A DNA stretch of 64,000 nucleotides from Hydrolagus colliei (lineage: Eukaryota), in the NCBI GenBank assembly GCA_035084275.1, contig CM068744.1, positions 42,656,001-42,720,000 of the forward strand, given 5' to 3'. Shown here one piece after another: positions 61,790 to 64,000 of this stretch; within the stretch, counting starts at the first letter, position 1, and every line of letters begins with the position of its first letter. A program made the translations under genes and the position numbers. The notes below the pieces were generated by a model. The model was not told where the DNA came from. It worked only from the letters and a program-made list of their open reading frames with translations, and searched no databases.

Positions 61790-64000
61790 CAGGGCCGTAC
61801 GCAGGATTTTTTTTGGGGGGGTGCGAATTGCTAGTGATGGGACCAACAATGGCCGGCGGCTTGGGGGCTGCCCCTGAGGCCCCCTCGAGGCTCCGACTTT
61901 TTACACAGTTTGAGGTCTTATTTAATCGGTTCAGAAGATCCAATATGAACGGTAAATGTTTCATGCCCTTGGTGTTTAAGAGCATCATTATTTATTCAGG
62001 GTTTTTATTTTCCCCGGTAGTCCGTGTCTAATTGGGAAGGTCGAATGTGTTCGCCGATAAAAGCAAACACGATTGTTGACTCGATGATGTAAGGAATGCG
62101 AACGATAAAGTAAATTACAATCCAATTAACACAGTACAATGACGAATGCTTGATAAATGTATGCGTATAGAGAAAATGATCATAAACTACAGATTGACGG
62201 TAATTAATAAGTTGTTCTGCATTGTTATCCTAAGACTAAATTTCTTTTGGACTGTAATGAACAATAATGTAAGAGTAAAGTATGAATTATGTGCTCAGAT
62301 ATTCCAGCAAAGCAAATTTTACAAAAGACAAGAAAATATACAGAAACTGAAAATCAGTGTCAAACAGTTAATTCACACGTGTTACAAGCCTGTTATCAGC
62401 ATTATCCTGAAAATATCGTTGAACTGTGAGCAATAGTGTAGTTAGTTTTTATTTATTTATTTAGAATCAAAATTAAAGGAAGTGACCCATCAAGCAATAC
62501 TGATCTGACGAAAAAATACTTGAAAAAATAAGGGAAGGGAAATTAATTCTTTAATAGCGTTCCGTATTCGAGACGCCTCGGTCGCTTTGAAGCGAATACG
62601 TCAACCGCTCTACCAATATCGATTTCCATATTATAATGAATGTGCATTAACGCGAGGGCTGAAAGTCGCTCCTATACGGAGCAGAAGGCTGGACACTTAG
62701 GCAAACCTCGACCAGGGGATTAGGTGACTTGTGAGGTATATACCAGGCTTCTAAGAGACGCCCTGAACGTTTACTGGCGACAGCATCTGACAAATAGCTA
62801 TATGGTACACTACCACACTGGTATCACAGACATTACTGCAGAGGCGTCTTAGGTTTAGCGGACATAGCTGGAGAAGCCGGGAGGAAACTGTCCATAGTCC
62901 TACTATCCTATGGGAACCATTGCACGGTCACAGAACACGAGGTAGACCGGCCCTAACCTACATCGATACTCTGGAGCGCGATTGGGGTATTGGCAGGCGG
63001 GAGTTGTCAGGCTGCATGGAGAGAAGGGATCAGTGGAGAAGTGTGGTTGTCAATGCCCGAGTTCGCTCGATCAGATGACGGTGAAACTATTTTTATGCCA
63101 GATTCGTGCGACATTGATGTTTTTTCACTCCGGGTACAAAACTGAATGTGAAATAAAGTCGCACTGTTTATCTTTGCGGTCATATGTTTTTTGCATGTCA
63201 GTGGACGTCTCTAAAAGCAATTTTTAATTACAGGAATACATCTTTAATAATATAAATCAAATGTGATAATCAAGACAAAACAAGAAATATGATATTTCAG
63301 AAACACGCCTATCAAAACTTAAGTCATTTTTACTTACATTTATCAGATTAAAATACGATTTCAGCTTCCACAAAGTGCTGCTACCTTTTTATGTAGTGAC
63401 TGTATACGGGATGATTTCCGATTGACACACCACGTGGAATAGGCGCTAAAGCCTAGGTCTATGTCCATGCGTATTTTTTTTAAAGATAGGCATTCCCGTC
63501 CAGCATATAACTTTTTTGTTGGGTTCTCAAAAGCTTTAATTTCTCAGAAGCTTGTAAATATGTTGTCATTGTTTGCTAGCATTACAGTCACACCTCTCAA
63601 AACTTGAGTAATTTTTACTTACGGTGATCAGATGAAAAGATGATTTTAACTCCAGAATTGGTGCTGCCCCTTGTGGCTGTTTACGGGATGATTTCCAAAC
63701 GAGGATTTGAGTCTTGGCGCCTATGTTTATCCAATCACGAGTCACAGACTCGCCGCGTCATGGACTGGTCTATCGACGCGGTATGTTTTGGGGTAGACGC
63801 CGATTCTGGTGTGCGACTCGATAATTTTATATTAATACTAAATCATTCAAAGATGTGAGTTTATAATTTATATATAGTTTTGAAGAACTGATTGTTACTC
63901 AAATGCTCAATAAATTTACTTGGTATTTAAATTTGATAAAAAAATGCAATTCTCTACCCCGGAAAATGTGGACCTTTTATAATTTGGGGGGGTGCGTACG
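61790..64000. mobile_element. Probable hAT-like DNA transposon inserted in the Gypsy element, right end just beyond the window
   Basis: Begins CAGGGCCGTACGCAGG at an abrupt break in the Gypsy ORF. The window ends GGTGCGTACG, which contains the reverse complement of CGTACGCA. No transposase ORF is seen. Confidence 0.55.

Overview
Repeat-rich vertebrate DNA, most likely from a cartilaginous fish (inferred from the CR1, L2 and tRNA/Deu-type SINE landscape), with one 193-N gap. Most listed ORFs are transposon fragments or satellite noise. The real genes are spliced and only partly visible in the ORF track. They are two convergent paralogous immune-type receptor genes. Gene A (+, 17169-26082) is leader-V1-V2-TM-3 tail exons, 369 aa, with an ITIM plus an ITSM-like motif 24 aa apart. 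Gene B (-, 44945 to about 30740) is leader-V1-V2-V3-(decayed C1-like exon)-TM-tail exons carrying LDYVNV and SVYGEL. Every V exon encodes a pre-joined antigen-receptor-like V+J domain with no RSS. The paralogs share leader, V1 and V2 (96-99% identical for V1 and V2) and inverted upstream flanks, but their TM and tail exons show no recognisable similarity. This resembles a non-rearranging paired-receptor system that I cannot assign to a named family. The remainder is L2/CR1 LINEs, SINEs, two Tigger-like MITEs, a 7-kb intronic satellite, LTR/ERV fragments and a CpG-rich hAT-like element. All exon models are hand-derived from splice signals and phase, without transcript evidence.
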